DNA of 56,337 nucleotides from Bacteroidia bacterium (lineage in GTDB: Bacteria > Bacteroidota > Bacteroidia > J057 > JANRLA01): assembly GCA_033763015.1 (NCBI GenBank), contig JANRLA010000060.1, positions 1 through 56,337 on the forward strand. Direction: 5' to 3'. A program made the position numbers and the translations under genes. Each line of letters opens with the position of its first letter. Positions within the stretch are counted from its first letter, which is position 1. The notes under the pieces were generated by a model. The model did not search any database. It was given only the letters and a program-made list of their open reading frames with translations, and was not told the DNA's origin. This document shows, in pieces, positions 9,924 through 21,008 of this stretch.

Positions 9924-10004
9924 GCATCTGGGCATTAGGCATCCTATCGCTCATGGCCGCGGGGCCGCGTGGCGGTGCTCGCGCTGGAGATTTGCTGGGC
10001 GGCG
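9924..10004. repeat. ~85 bp direct repeat, copy 2
   Basis: Aligns with 8777-8860; begins 14 nt after the esterase stop. Confidence 0.9.
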
Positions 10005-10055
10005 TCGCGGCTGGCCGCGTCGCAGGCCTAGCGGCCTGTACGCCCCCGCTAACTG

Positions 10056-11012
10056 CTATGCGCTGCGCTCCGCCACTGGGATGTTAATCAGATACTCGTA
10101 AACTACTTTAGAGCCTTCACTTCCAAAGATGCTGATCAAATTATTTTCAGTAACACCAAATATAGCATTGAATTCGTTATCAGTCACTTTGAACTCGCCC
10201 GTCATGAGTGAATCCTTATACAAGTTCAAAAATATTTTCTCGCGAATCGAGAGATCGCTTTTTATATAATTGTAGTAAAATTTAGTGTCAATATCCTTTT
10301 CAACAGTCCTAATGTGGTATATCAAATATTTAAGTTGCTCTAGGTAAGAACCCAAAGCTAATAAGTCAATATTTCTAGAATGCTTATCAAAATTTTCGCC
10401 AAACATTCCACTGGCACCGGATGGATTTTTTATATTGTAGTTGCCTAATACAAGGTCAACAAACTGCATAATAAATGGCTTTTTCATTAAAGGTTGTTGG
10501 TAAGTTTCACTATGTTGGATAAACATTAGCCTATGCTTAAGCTCTAGCAATCGACTATGCATCTTAAAAAAGGTGCTCTCGAACAATTGGATTTGGCTCG
10601 TCTGTACCTGAAGTGCCAATTGCTCCTTCTGGCCTTTTAATTCCTCACGGGTATCTTCTAGTTCTTGGCGCTGCAGCTCTAGTTGACGTCGGTTCTGAAT
10701 AAGCTCTGCACGTTGCAGCAGCACTTGCTGCTTTTGGCCTAGAAATGCAACGTAGATGAGGACAAGGCCAGAGCCGCTCCACAACGTTCCTGCGGCACCC
10801 AACAGAAAAGCGCCCAAATCCTTAGAGTTTGGCCCACTCAGGTAGACTACGATAGCAGAAACAAAAACCAGGGCTCCCACAATTAAAACACCAAAAGCTC
10901 CATTGCGCCATCCGACTGTTTCGTTCTCAATGTCATTAGCCTTTAGGTTAAGGGCATGCGCCTCTTTCTCTAAATGACCTACATCAACTTTTCCTACGGA
11001 ATCTTCTTTCAT
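10056..11012 (-). CDS. AT-rich membrane protein resembling putative phage abortive-infection (putAbiC-like) proteins
   Basis: Two N-terminal TM helices, a coiled coil LELQRQELEDTREELKGQKEQL, QLFESTFF.M and a late Y..YIKS.LS..E segment, recalled as typical of that family; much more AT-rich than the flanks. Confidence 0.6.
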   Translation of the reverse strand: MKEDSVGKVDVGHLEKEAHALNLKANDIENETVGWRNGAFGVLIVGALVFVSAIVVYLSGPNSKDLGAFLLGAAGTLWSGSGLVLIYVAFLGQKQQVLLQRAELIQNRRQLELQRQELEDTREELKGQKEQLALQVQTSQIQLFESTFFKMHSRLLELKHRLMFIQHSETYQQPLMKKPFIMQFVDLVLGNYNIKNPSGASGMFGENFDKHSRNIDLLALGSYLEQLKYLIYHIRTVEKDIDTKFYYNYIKSDLSIREKIFLNLYKDSLMTGEFKVTDNEFNAIFGVTENNLISIFGSEGSKVVYEYLINIPVAERSA

Positions 11013-11048
11013 TGCTACAGTCCTATTGTTTTAGTAATTCTTTTTCTC

Positions 11049-11723
11049 TCACACCACCAACAAGTTACCGGCGACGAGTTTGGAGAGTTGGAGGTCTTTG
11101 CCGGCGATGCGCACTAGGCGGCTATCGTCGAAGGGCAGGTGGTCGAGGACGGTGAGGGGCGTGTTGATGACGAGCCCGACGCGGTCGAGGTACTGCAGGA
11201 ACTCGGGGGTGTGGAGGGTGACGCGGGCGAGGGTGACCTCGGTGCCGGGGGGTACGTCGGCGAGGGGGCGGGTGTTGCGGGCCTCGATTTCGCCGTGTTC
11301 GTTGGGGAGGGGGTCGCCGTGGGGGTCGAACTTGGGGTAGCCGAGGAACTCGTCGAGCTTTTGGATGAGCTCTGGGCTGCGGATGTGCTCGAGCTGCTCG
11401 GCGGTGTCGTGGACTTGGTCCCAGCGGAAGCGGAGTTTTTCGACGAGGAAGACCTCCCAGAGGCGGTGTTTGCGGACGATGCGCAGGGCGATGCGTCGGC
11501 CCTCGGGGCTGAGGCTGACGCCGCGGTAGGGCTGGTAGCGGAGGTAGCCTTTGTCGCCGAGGCGCTTGATCATGTCGGTGACGGAGGCGGGGGTGGTTTT
11601 GAGCTCGGCGGAGAGTGCGGTGGTGGAGACGGAGGCGTCGGGGCCAGCGTCGGCGGAGAGCTTGAGCACGGCCTTGAGGTAGTCCTCTTCGGTGCTGGTG
11701 GGCAGGTGGGGGGCCGCGCTCAT
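11049..11723 (-). CDS. DtxR/MntR family metal-dependent transcriptional regulator with FeoA domain
   Basis: EEDYLKA, ASVTDM, RKHRLWEVFL, AEQLEH and DPHGDP motifs. Confidence 0.95.
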   Translation of the reverse strand: MSAAPHLPTSTEEDYLKAVLKLSADAGPDASVSTTALSAELKTTPASVTDMIKRLGDKGYLRYQPYRGVSLSPEGRRIALRIVRKHRLWEVFLVEKLRFRWDQVHDTAEQLEHIRSPELIQKLDEFLGYPKFDPHGDPLPNEHGEIEARNTRPLADVPPGTEVTLARVTLHTPEFLQYLDRVGLVINTPLTVLDHLPFDDSRLVRIAGKDLQLSKLVAGNLLVV

Positions 11724-11804
11724 GCCCTAAAACTACGGCAGGGGCCCGATACTGTGGGTGGGCCCAGAAAAACTGCCAAAGTGGCAGGCAAGCCGTTCGT
11801 TTCG

Positions 11805-11812
11805 TAGTTTTG
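11805..11812 (+). promoter_or_regulatory. Bacteroidota -7 promoter box upstream of miaB
   Basis: TAGTTTTG about 22 nt before GTG 11835. Confidence 0.6.
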
Positions 11813-11834
11813 TAGGCTTACAGCGCACGCCCCG

Positions 11835-13232
11835 GTGAGTCAGAACACGCAAAAGGTATTTACGCCCTTGGCCGATGCCACGCCCTACACCCAACCGGGC
11901 CTGCCCGGCGCGCGGGGCCTGGCCTACATAGAGACCTACGGGTGCCAGATGAACTTCTCGGACACCGAGATTGTGGCGGCCAGCCTGGCCGAGCTGGGCT
12001 ACGGCTTCACGCACGACGAAGCAGCGGCCGACGTGGTGCTGCTCAACACGTGCGCCATCCGCGAGAACGCCGAACAGAAAGTGTGGCACCGGCTGGCGCA
12101 ACTCAAGGGCCGCAAGCGCCGCAACCCCGACCTCATTGTGGGCCTGTTGGGCTGCATGGCCGAGCGGCTGAAGAAGCAGGTGCTCGAAGACGCGCCGGTG
12201 GTAGACCTGGTGGTGGGCCCCGACGCCTACCGCGACCTGCCCACCCTGCTGGCCGCCGCCGAGGGCGGGCAAAAGGCCGTGAACGTGCTGCTGAGCCGCG
12301 AAGAAACCTACGCCGACCTGGCGCCTATCCGCCTGAATACCAACGGGGTGAGCGCCTTTGTGAGCATCATGCGGGGGTGCGACAACATGTGCGCCTTCTG
12401 TGTGGTGCCCTTTACCCGGGGCCGGGAACGGAGCCGCGACGTGGCGAGCATCGTGCGCGAGTGTGAGCAGCTGGTGGCCGACGGCTACCGCGAGGTAACC
12501 CTGCTGGGCCAGAACGTAGACAGCTACCGCCATGAGGGCACCGACTTTGCCGACCTCCTGGCCCGTGTGGCCGAGGTATCGCCCCTACTGCGGGTACGCT
12601 TCAGCACCAGCCACCCCAAAGACCTGACCGAGCGCGTGGCCCAGGCCCTGGCGGCCTACCCCAACGTGTGCAACTTCATCCACCTGCCGGTGCAGAGTGG
12701 CAGCAGCCGCATCCTGGAGAAAATGAACCGTGGCTACACCCGCGACTGGTACCTGGACCGGCTGGCGATGATCCGCAGCTACGTACCCGAGGTGGGCCTG
12801 AGCACGGACATTATCAGCGGCTATTGCAGCGAAACCGAAGAGGACCACCAGGCGACCCTGAGCCTGATGGCCGAGGCGGGCTTCGACTCGGCGTTTATGT
12901 TTGCCTACAGCGAGCGGCCCGGCACGCTGGCAGCCCGCAAGTACCCCGATGATGTACCGGCCGAGGTAAAGCAGCGCCGCCTGGCGGAAATCATCGAGCT
13001 GCAGGGGCAGCTGTCGGTGGCCAGCAACCGGCGCGAAGTGGGCCGGGTGCACACGGTGCTGGTGGAAGGCACGAGCAAGCGCAGCGTGGCCGACCTCTGC
13101 GGGCGCACCGATACAAACAAGCTGGTGGTCTTTGCAACGCCCGACGGCGTAGGCCCCGGCGACTACGTGCAGGTACAGATTACCGAAACGACCCGGGCGA
13201 CGTTGATAGGCTCAATTGTGGAGCGACCATGA
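11835..13232 (+). CDS. miaB: tRNA-2-methylthio-N6-dimethylallyladenosine synthase
   Basis: [23 protein letters not shown], radical [18 protein letters not shown] and a C-terminal TRAM domain. Confidence 0.96.
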   Translation: MSQNTQKVFTPLADATPYTQPGLPGARGLAYIETYGCQMNFSDTEIVAASLAELGYGFTHDEAAADVVLLNTCAIRENAEQKVWHRLAQLKGRKRRNPDLIVGLLGCMAERLKKQVLEDAPVVDLVVGPDAYRDLPTLLAAAEGGQKAVNVLLSREETYADLAPIRLNTNGVSAFVSIMRGCDNMCAFCVVPFTRGRERSRDVASIVRECEQLVADGYREVTLLGQNVDSYRHEGTDFADLLARVAEVSPLLRVRFSTSHPKDLTERVAQALAAYPNVCNFIHLPVQSGSSRILEKMNRGYTRDWYLDRLAMIRSYVPEVGLSTDIISGYCSETEEDHQATLSLMAEAGFDSAFMFAYSERPGTLAARKYPDDVPAEVKQRRLAEIIELQGQLSVASNRREVGRVHTVLVEGTSKRSVADLCGRTDTNKLVVFATPDGVGPGDYVQVQITETTRATLIGSIVERP

Positions 13233-14290
13233 TAACACGACTTCATGTACAGAATTTTAAGGGCATTGCAGACCTGCGGCTGAACGGCTTTACAGGACTG
13301 AATGTATTGCTCGGCGTAAATGACACGGGCAAAACTGGGCTGCTCAAGCTCATGTATGCGTTGTCGAAAAGCATTCGGTCATATTCCTTGGCTCAAAAAA
13401 CGAGCAAGGAAAGTTTTACTACTATTCTTGAAGACAAGCTAAAGCACACGTTTAAGCCACGCATTTCCGGTATAAATGAACTCATTAGTTCTGGCGAAAC
13501 CGAAGCTAGTATCGAGGCAGGGTTTGACTTACTTGGAAGCAGAATAGATCCTCTTAGCGTTCATATCATTTCTGATAAAAAGCGGAAAACAACAGAACTA
13601 AGTTCACCCCAGGCAATACCGCTGGTACATGAAGATTTCGATTCGGTTTTTCTACCGCCTAAGGAAGTGCTGTCCATCCACCGAGATATAATCTATTCCA
13701 GAGAAAAAGGAGAACTCGATGGTTTTGACGATACGTATTATGATCTAGCCAAAGCTTTGGAGCGCTCCACAACGAAAGGTAGAACTCATGATGCATTGGT
13801 GACGGTGATAAACAAGCTTGAAAAATTATTCACCCAAACAAAAGTCTACTATGATGAAGTTGCCAGAGACTTTTACCTAGAGAAGAAAGGCACACGGTAT
13901 TCGATAACGATGGCTGCGGAGGGTATACGCAAAATCGGGTTGCTTACCACTTTAATCCGTAACCGCGAACTCTACAGGGATGGGCATCTATTCGTGGATG
14001 AGCCTGAAACCACGTTGCATCCAGTAGCTATACGGTCTTTCATGGAAATGTTGCTGGAAATGACCAAAGCAAACATTCAGGTATTTCTAGCAACTCATAA
14101 CTATTTCGTCTTAAAAGAACTGGAAATTCTTGCTAAAACGTCTAAAATACCAGTCATGTGCTATTCCCTCATGAAAGATACTGATGCCATATCAGTAGAA
14201 AGCTCTGATCTACGTGAGGCTATCCCCGACAACGAGATTATCGAGGAATCCATACGGCTCTTGCAAGCGGACTTAAGGACCAAAATTTAG
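13229..14290 (+). CDS. ABC/AAA_21-type (AbiEii/OLD-like) ATPase, AT-rich
   Basis: N-terminal I..L.VQNFKGI, Walker A GVNDTGKT, signature-like AEGIRK, Walker B LFVDEPE, H-loop ATHNYF; no TM segments. Confidence 0.85.
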   Translation: MITRLHVQNFKGIADLRLNGFTGLNVLLGVNDTGKTGLLKLMYALSKSIRSYSLAQKTSKESFTTILEDKLKHTFKPRISGINELISSGETEASIEAGFDLLGSRIDPLSVHIISDKKRKTTELSSPQAIPLVHEDFDSVFLPPKEVLSIHRDIIYSREKGELDGFDDTYYDLAKALERSTTKGRTHDALVTVINKLEKLFTQTKVYYDEVARDFYLEKKGTRYSITMAAEGIRKIGLLTTLIRNRELYRDGHLFVDEPETTLHPVAIRSFMEMLLEMTKANIQVFLATHNYFVLKELEILAKTSKIPVMCYSLMKDTDAISVESSDLREAIPDNEIIEESIRLLQADLRTKI

Positions 14291-14295
14291 TACCG

Positions 14296-14832
14296 ATGCC
14301 CTATAACGATAGGCCCGATTTCTGGAGTCGCTTCGAAGACTGCCAAGCGTACCAGGCCATTAGTGGCTACGGGCACAAAGAGATGGACTACATGTATTGG
14401 GATAGTCATACCAAAGTGCTTTACCTGATTGAAGAATCGGGACTAGTACATGGAGAAAAGGACTTATCGGATGACTGTCAACTCGAAAAAGAACTATTTG
14501 AAGTTGTGTTTAAGGCGTATTCAGGGTTTCTGATGCTGTATAGTTCGTTGACAGGTCAATCCACTGCTATGAATTCGCTCTCATCGTGCTTGCCGAATGC
14601 GTTCAAGCGGAGCAGTAGTGGCTGGGGCACATTTAAGGTTAAGCTCTATTTCATCTATACACTGCCTGCCGATACATCCATTCTACTCGCCTTTAGTGCG
14701 TTTAAAGACAAGGCAGACAAAAAACTCGAAACCTTGAAACGGTGTTTTGACGTCATAACGTCCTGTACCTTAATGGACAAGTACTCTGCTAAGCAGTCGT
14801 TACCACAAGGGCTAGTGCCTACCGATTCGTAG
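14296..14832 (+). CDS. Hypothetical protein, ATPase partner with a PD-(D/E)xK-like motif
   Basis: 178-aa ORF filling the gap; AT-rich like the ATPase; MDYMYWDSHTKVLYLIEES resembles the D-x(n)-[LI]IE-x-K core with K replaced by S. Confidence 0.65.
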   Translation: MPYNDRPDFWSRFEDCQAYQAISGYGHKEMDYMYWDSHTKVLYLIEESGLVHGEKDLSDDCQLEKELFEVVFKAYSGFLMLYSSLTGQSTAMNSLSSCLPNAFKRSSSGWGTFKVKLYFIYTLPADTSILLAFSAFKDKADKKLETLKRCFDVITSCTLMDKYSAKQSLPQGLVPTDS

Positions 14833-14834
14833 TC

Positions 14835-16093
<1,259 letters not shown>

Positions 16094-16097
<4 letters not shown>

Positions 16098-16600
16098 ACC
16101 GGACCCGCGCCGCAGTATGTGTAGTGGGTGCAGCCCTGGCGCTAACGGGGTGCTTTCGGTACTCGTTTACGGGCAGTAGGCCGCTGCCGGGTGTCGAGAC
16201 GATTCAGATTGATCAGTTTGTCAACCTGGCGCCACTGGTGAACCCCAATGTGGCAAACGACCTCTCGGAGCAGGTACGCAACACCTTTTTGCGCCAGAGC
16301 AACCTCAAGCTCGTCACCCGCGAGGGCGATGTGGTGGTAACGGGCCAGATTGTACGCTACGAGGTTACCCCGCGTAACATCACGGCGGGCGAGGTGGCGG
16401 CGCTCAACGAGTTTCGGATTACGGTAAAGGTGAAGTACGAGAATACGTTGTTCCCTGACCTGGGATGGACCCAAGAGTTCACCCAGTTTGAGACCTTTGC
16501 ACAAGAGCAGGATTTTACCGCCGCAGAAAATGCCTTGTTGCCTACCCTGCTTGAACGGGTGAGTCTAGATATTTTCAACAAAATACTCGGCGACTGGTAG
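16094..16600 (+). CDS. lptE: LptE-family LPS assembly lipoprotein
   Basis: Lipobox LTGC followed by YSFTG; C-terminal DIFNK...W; conserved Bacteroidota position. Confidence 0.75.
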
Positions 16601-16643
16601 AAGACCGTCATTTTTAGCTCATTCGTCAACCCGCGAAGCTGCC

Positions 16644-19600
16644 ATGAACCCGCTATACCTCTACCGAAAGGTGCGCAAAGAGGCGCTCGATGCCGAAGAG
16701 GCCACCTGGCTTGCCAACGAGCTCAAGGTGCACCCCTACGCGCACGTGCTGCACCTGATCCGGGCGGGCCACCTGCAGCACACCCAGGAAGCCACAGCCG
16801 GCAGTGCGCGGCAACTTGCCGCCCTGTACGCCCCCAGCCGACAACGCCTGGCGCTGTACCTGGACGAAAAGCTGGCCCGTAAGCTGGAAGCGGCCACCGA
16901 AAGCGTAAAAAAACAGGCCTCTGCCGCGGGGAGCACTAAGCCCAAGCCCGCCCCAGAGGCCCCCAAGGCCCCGGCCGCGCCCGTGGTAGAGGCCCCAGCC
17001 CCCGAGGCCAAGGCACCGCTCGCACCCCAGCCCCCAGCCGCGCCCGAGGTCAAGCCCGCCCCAGAGGTAGCCACGCCCAAGGCCCAGGAACGCCCCGAGC
17101 CGGTAGCCCCGGCCACCCCCCCAGCGCCTGCCCCCGAAGCGAAGCCCGAGGCCCAGGAGACACCCGCCCCCAAACCACCGGTAGCCGGTGGGCTGAAGAT
17201 TACGCCCGTGAAGTCGGCCGAGGTTGGGCACTTGAGCCCACCGCCGGTAGCGCCCCCCAAGGTGGAGCTCACTACGCCTTCGCAAAGCCCTACCCTTCGG
17301 CCCGAGGGCGACCCATTGCCCGAAACGAAAGCCCAGACCACCGGCGGGGAAAAAACGGCCCCCACCATTACCCTGACCGAAGTGCCCGCCCCGGTACTTA
17401 ACCAGGGGCTGCAAACCATGCTGCAGGTGCGCACCGGCATGTACCTGCCGCTGGTCGACAAAATTGGGCGCGAACTGGCGGCCTACAAGGCAGACCTACC
17501 GGCAGTAGCCTCTAGCCCAGCGCCTGCTAGCCCCCCCGAAACGGTCGCCCGGGTCGAACCACCGGCCGTAGAGGCGCCAGCCCCCACCCCGGTGCCCGAG
17601 GTAGTAGCCGAGGCCCAAGCCGAACCCGTTGTAACCCAGGCCCCGCCGGTAGCCGAAGCACCGGTGGCTGAGCCCCCGAAGGTGGAAGCGGAGGTACCCG
17701 ATCTGCCCGCCACAGTGCACCTACCGGTAGCCCCTACCGAAACCCCAGCGGTGAGCGAGCTACCCACCGACGAAGCCGACGCGCCCAACCCCGACGACCC
17801 CCAGAAGCAAAAACGCGAACGCATCAGCCTAGAGCAGCTGGCCCAGGAGCAGCAGCAGCAGGTGGAACAGGGGGTAGACGACCTGAAGCACAACCTGCTG
17901 CGGCTAATCCAGGCCCAGATGAGTGGTATGCCGATGCTCACGGTTGAGGTACCGCCCGAAACGACAAAGCCTGCAGCGAAGCCTGACCACATCGCGGCCA
18001 TCACCGAAATCGTGGAGAAGGCCAAAACACTGCACGAAACGACCCGTGTAGTGGTAGACCCGCCCGCAGCTAAACTGCCCGAGCCGAAGCCCGAAGTACC
18101 CAAACCCACCGAGAAAGAAAAGCCGGTAGAGGGTGAGGCCTTGAAGGGCACAGCCGAGAGCATGCTGCGCTTCAGGAGCCCCTCGTTCGACGAAAAGCCG
18201 CTGCAGCTCAACGTTGAGGGCATCGACCGGCGCAAAGCAAAAGCAACTGAAACGCCTGTTACCGAGGCGGCAGCGCCAGCACCCCTCGTAGAGTCACCCG
18301 TGCCACCGGTTACCGAAACACCTTCGGAGGCTATACCGCCAGTGGCCGAACTGGCCCCAACACCGAAGCCCGAACCCCCCGCACCGACGCCTGCCGAAGT
18401 GACCGCTGGACTGGGTGGCGAGGCATCGTTCAAGCGGTTCAAGTCGTTGGAGGACACCCAGGCCACGACAGGTGCGCAGCTGCCCACACCCAAGGTTGAG
18501 CTCGTACCCGCCCCAGAGGCGATTGCGCCGCCAGCTACCCCGAGCGAGGCACCTGCAGCCGAAAACCTGAAAGGCAAGGTGACGACCGAGTCGTTCAACC
18601 GGTTTGTGGCGCCCAAGTTTGACCGGCGCTTTGGGATGATCAACGACCCGTTGCCACCCCAGCCCGAAGCCCCTGCGCAGACCTTGAACCCGATACCGGT
18701 GGTTGCGCTGCCGCCCTTGGAGTCTGACCCAGCCCTGGGCTTGCCGCACACCTCGGCACCGGTAGCCGAAGTGCCGACGGACACGCCGTTACCCCCCAGC
18801 GTGAACCCGGTGTACGACACCCGGCGCGAGGACACAGAGGTACAGCCCGTATCTACCCACCTGGAAGAGCCCCTGGCCGAGCCCATCCCACCGGTGCGCA
18901 AGCCCGCCCCCCTCGGGGTTGACGAGCCCACCGCCAAAGACGGCGGTAAGGCCAGCTTTGGGCGGTTTGTACAGCCCACCTTTGGCCTGGAAACCGTACA
19001 CGCCCAGCCCGAGACCGTACCGCAGCCCGAAGCCACGGCCGAGCCCATCGGCCCATCTGAAACGCCCCAGACGCCCCTACCCCCGGCGGCAGAGGTTCCG
19101 CCTGCGGCGCCGACTGCGCTGGGTGCGCCCATTGTATCGGAATCGATGCGGCGGTTTGTGCCCTTCGAGCCCTCCGGCACGCCGGAACCCACCGCCAAAC
19201 CCGAGGCCACCGTACCCGAAGAAGCCCCCAAGGTGACAAGCCTTAAGGTGCCACCGCCCACGGGTAAGGTTTCGGTGGGGATGGACCGATTCGTTGACCT
19301 GGAGCCCAGCCCGAAACTGGAAGCCCCGGCCAGCAGCGATACCCCACCGGCTACCCCACTACCCGAGGCGCCCCCAGCTACCGCCGAGGCACCGCCAGCC
19401 CCCGAGCCCACCGGTGAACAAACCTTTACCTACCGGCACGGCGAGCTGGAGCTGCAAATCGTGCTGCGGCCCGAACAGCTCAAGTTTTTTGCCGCCGACC
19501 CCACCACACTCTTTGCCCAGGCGGCCACCGAGGTGCTGGCACCGGCGCCCGAACCTGAGGACAGCCCCGAGGCCCCCGAAACCCCGGTTACCTTCAGCCG

Positions 19601-20558
19601 CACGACGGTCGTTGAAGCCCCGAGCGCCCAGTTGGGCGACATGGACCCCGAGGTGATTGGCAAAATCAAAGCCGCCATCGACGAAGAGACCTGGCAGCAG
19701 CTTGAAGAAGCCTTTTTGCGGCCACCGGTGGTCTCTGAAGCCGGCAGCGAGCCCGCTACCCAGGTAGCGCCCAAGCCTGTGGGCCTGGCTCCGCTCAACG
19801 CCTCGCTCACCATCGCCAGCCTGGAGGTAAACCCCGAGCTGCTGGAGCCAGCCGCCCCCGCGTTTGGCGAGGTGATTGAGCAGCAGGAGGACGCCGAAGA
19901 GGACTTCATCCGCAAGATTGGGCTGGAGTCCTCGTACGCCAACCCCGAACTGCCCGAAGACCAGCACCTGGCGGCCGAGCTCCCCTACGAGTTGGGTGGC
20001 GCCGGGGGCGAATACACCGCCCCGCAAACCGAGCCGGAGCTAAACGACCTACTGCGCATCAAAAACCTGCCGCACCCCTCCCAGATTACCCTGCAGACCA
20101 TCCAGCAGAAGTTCCTCGAGAAGATGATCACCTCGATGACCGAGGGCGTGGTGAAAATACCCGCCAGCGGCCCCGAAGAACCGACTATCGTGGCGGCCAC
20201 ACCCCCCGTTGCCGACACGGTTACCGACACGCCTGCCGACACGCCTTCCGATACACCCGCGGGCAATACCGTAGACGAAGCGCTGGCAAAGTTCAATGCC
20301 CTTGAGCCGGTCATCTCGCAGAAAATCAGCTCACTGAAGCAGGCCCCACCAGCGCCTGAGAGCGAAGAGCCCCTGCCGGCCCACCCCGACACGCTGAAAA
20401 ACCCGCTGGAAGAAACGGGCGAAGTGAGCGAAACCCTGGCTGAGCTGCTGGTGAAACAGGGCAAGCTCACGGCGGCGAAGGCGATTTACTTCCAGCTGAG
20501 CATGAAACATCCTGAAAAAAGCGCGTACTTTGCGGCCCGAATTGCCGACTTGGGCTAG
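16644..20558 (+). CDS. Very long Pro/Ala/Glu-rich protein with a conserved TPR-like C-terminus
   Basis: N-terminal HPY...AALYAPSRQRL and C-terminal SETLAELLVKQG...IY.QL..KHPEKSAYFA resemble the conserved hypothetical found between lptE and secG; ~1100 aa low-complexity centre; host-like codon usage. Confidence 0.8.
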   Translation: MNPLYLYRKVRKEALDAEEATWLANELKVHPYAHVLHLIRAGHLQHTQEATAGSARQLAALYAPSRQRLALYLDEKLARKLEAATESVKKQASAAGSTKPKPAPEAPKAPAAPVVEAPAPEAKAPLAPQPPAAPEVKPAPEVATPKAQERPEPVAPATPPAPAPEAKPEAQETPAPKPPVAGGLKITPVKSAEVGHLSPPPVAPPKVELTTPSQSPTLRPEGDPLPETKAQTTGGEKTAPTITLTEVPAPVLNQGLQTMLQVRTGMYLPLVDKIGRELAAYKADLPAVASSPAPASPPETVARVEPPAVEAPAPTPVPEVVAEAQAEPVVTQAPPVAEAPVAEPPKVEAEVPDLPATVHLPVAPTETPAVSELPTDEADAPNPDDPQKQKRERISLEQLAQEQQQQVEQGVDDLKHNLLRLIQAQMSGMPMLTVEVPPETTKPAAKPDHIAAITEIVEKAKTLHETTRVVVDPPAAKLPEPKPEVPKPTEKEKPVEGEALKGTAESMLRFRSPSFDEKPLQLNVEGIDRRKAKATETPVTEAAAPAPLVESPVPPVTETPSEAIPPVAELAPTPKPEPPAPTPAEVTAGLGGEASFKRFKSLEDTQATTGAQLPTPKVELVPAPEAIAPPATPSEAPAAENLKGKVTTESFNRFVAPKFDRRFGMINDPLPPQPEAPAQTLNPIPVVALPPLESDPALGLPHTSAPVAEVPTDTPLPPSVNPVYDTRREDTEVQPVSTHLEEPLAEPIPPVRKPAPLGVDEPTAKDGGKASFGRFVQPTFGLETVHAQPETVPQPEATAEPIGPSETPQTPLPPAAEVPPAAPTALGAPIVSESMRRFVPFEPSGTPEPTAKPEATVPEEAPKVTSLKVPPPTGKVSVGMDRFVDLEPSPKLEAPASSDTPPATPLPEAPPATAEAPPAPEPTGEQTFTYRHGELELQIVLRPEQLKFFAADPTTLFAQAATEVLAPAPEPEDSPEAPETPVTFSRTTVVEAPSAQLGDMDPEVIGKIKAAIDEETWQQLEEAFLRPPVVSEAGSEPATQVAPKPVGLAPLNASLTIASLEVNPELLEPAAPAFGEVIEQQEDAEEDFIRKIGLESSYANPELPEDQHLAAELPYELGGAGGEYTAPQTEPELNDLLRIKNLPHPSQITLQTIQQKFLEKMITSMTEGVVKIPASGPEEPTIVAATPPVADTVTDTPADTPSDTPAGNTVDEALAKFNALEPVISQKISSLKQAPPAPESEEPLPAHPDTLKNPLEETGEVSETLAELLVKQGKLTAAKAIYFQLSMKHPEKSAYFAARIADLG

Positions 20559-20561
20559 TCC

Positions 20562-20948
20562 ATGATCATTGCTGTAACCATACTCATTTTCGTCGTTTGC
20601 GCCCTGCTGGTGCTGTTGGTCCTTATCCAGAACAGCAAGGGTGGCGGCTTGGCCTCTAACATGGGGGCTGCCAGCCAGGTTACCCAGCTTTTTGGGGCCC
20701 GGCGAGGCACCGACTTCGTGCAGCAGCTTACCTGGGGTGCCATGGGCACACTGGTGGTGCTCACGCTGGTCATCAACTTTCTGTTTGCCTACCAAACCAG
20801 TGGTGGTGGCGAAGACAACCAGGGTCCGCGCATCGGCAATAGCCTGGGGCCGGTAGTACCGCCGACGAGCATCCCGACCGCGCCCGAAGGGGCCCCGGCC
20901 GAGACACCCGCTGAGACCCCTGCCGAGGGCGAGGCACCGGCCCAGTAA
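20562..20948 (+). CDS. secG: Preprotein translocase subunit SecG
   Basis: LVLIQNSKGGGL, two TM helices and a disordered tail. Confidence 0.92.
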   Translation: MIIAVTILIFVVCALLVLLVLIQNSKGGGLASNMGAASQVTQLFGARRGTDFVQQLTWGAMGTLVVLTLVINFLFAYQTSGGGEDNQGPRIGNSLGPVVPPTSIPTAPEGAPAETPAETPAEGEAPAQ

Positions 20949-20988
20949 TTCAACGGGCGGCCTGGGTGTAGGCCCACGCCTACGCGCT

Positions 20989-20996
20989 TACCTTTG
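20989..20996 (+). promoter_or_regulatory. Bacteroidota -7 promoter box
   Basis: TACCTTTG 12 nt before ATG 21009. Confidence 0.6.
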
Positions 20997-21008
20997 CGGC
21001 CACACCGT

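Noticed and set aside
8777-10053. Integron attC sites or CRISPR repeats
   Set aside because: Only two clear copies about 1.1 kb apart; no correctly oriented RYYYAAC/GTTRRRY ends, no spacer periodicity and no integrase or cas genes.
17483-19411. 642-aa antisense ORF and other long antisense ORFs (34668-36143, 11139-11807, 11733-12533)
   Set aside because: Shadow frames of well-supported genes in high-GC DNA, with no recognisable motifs.
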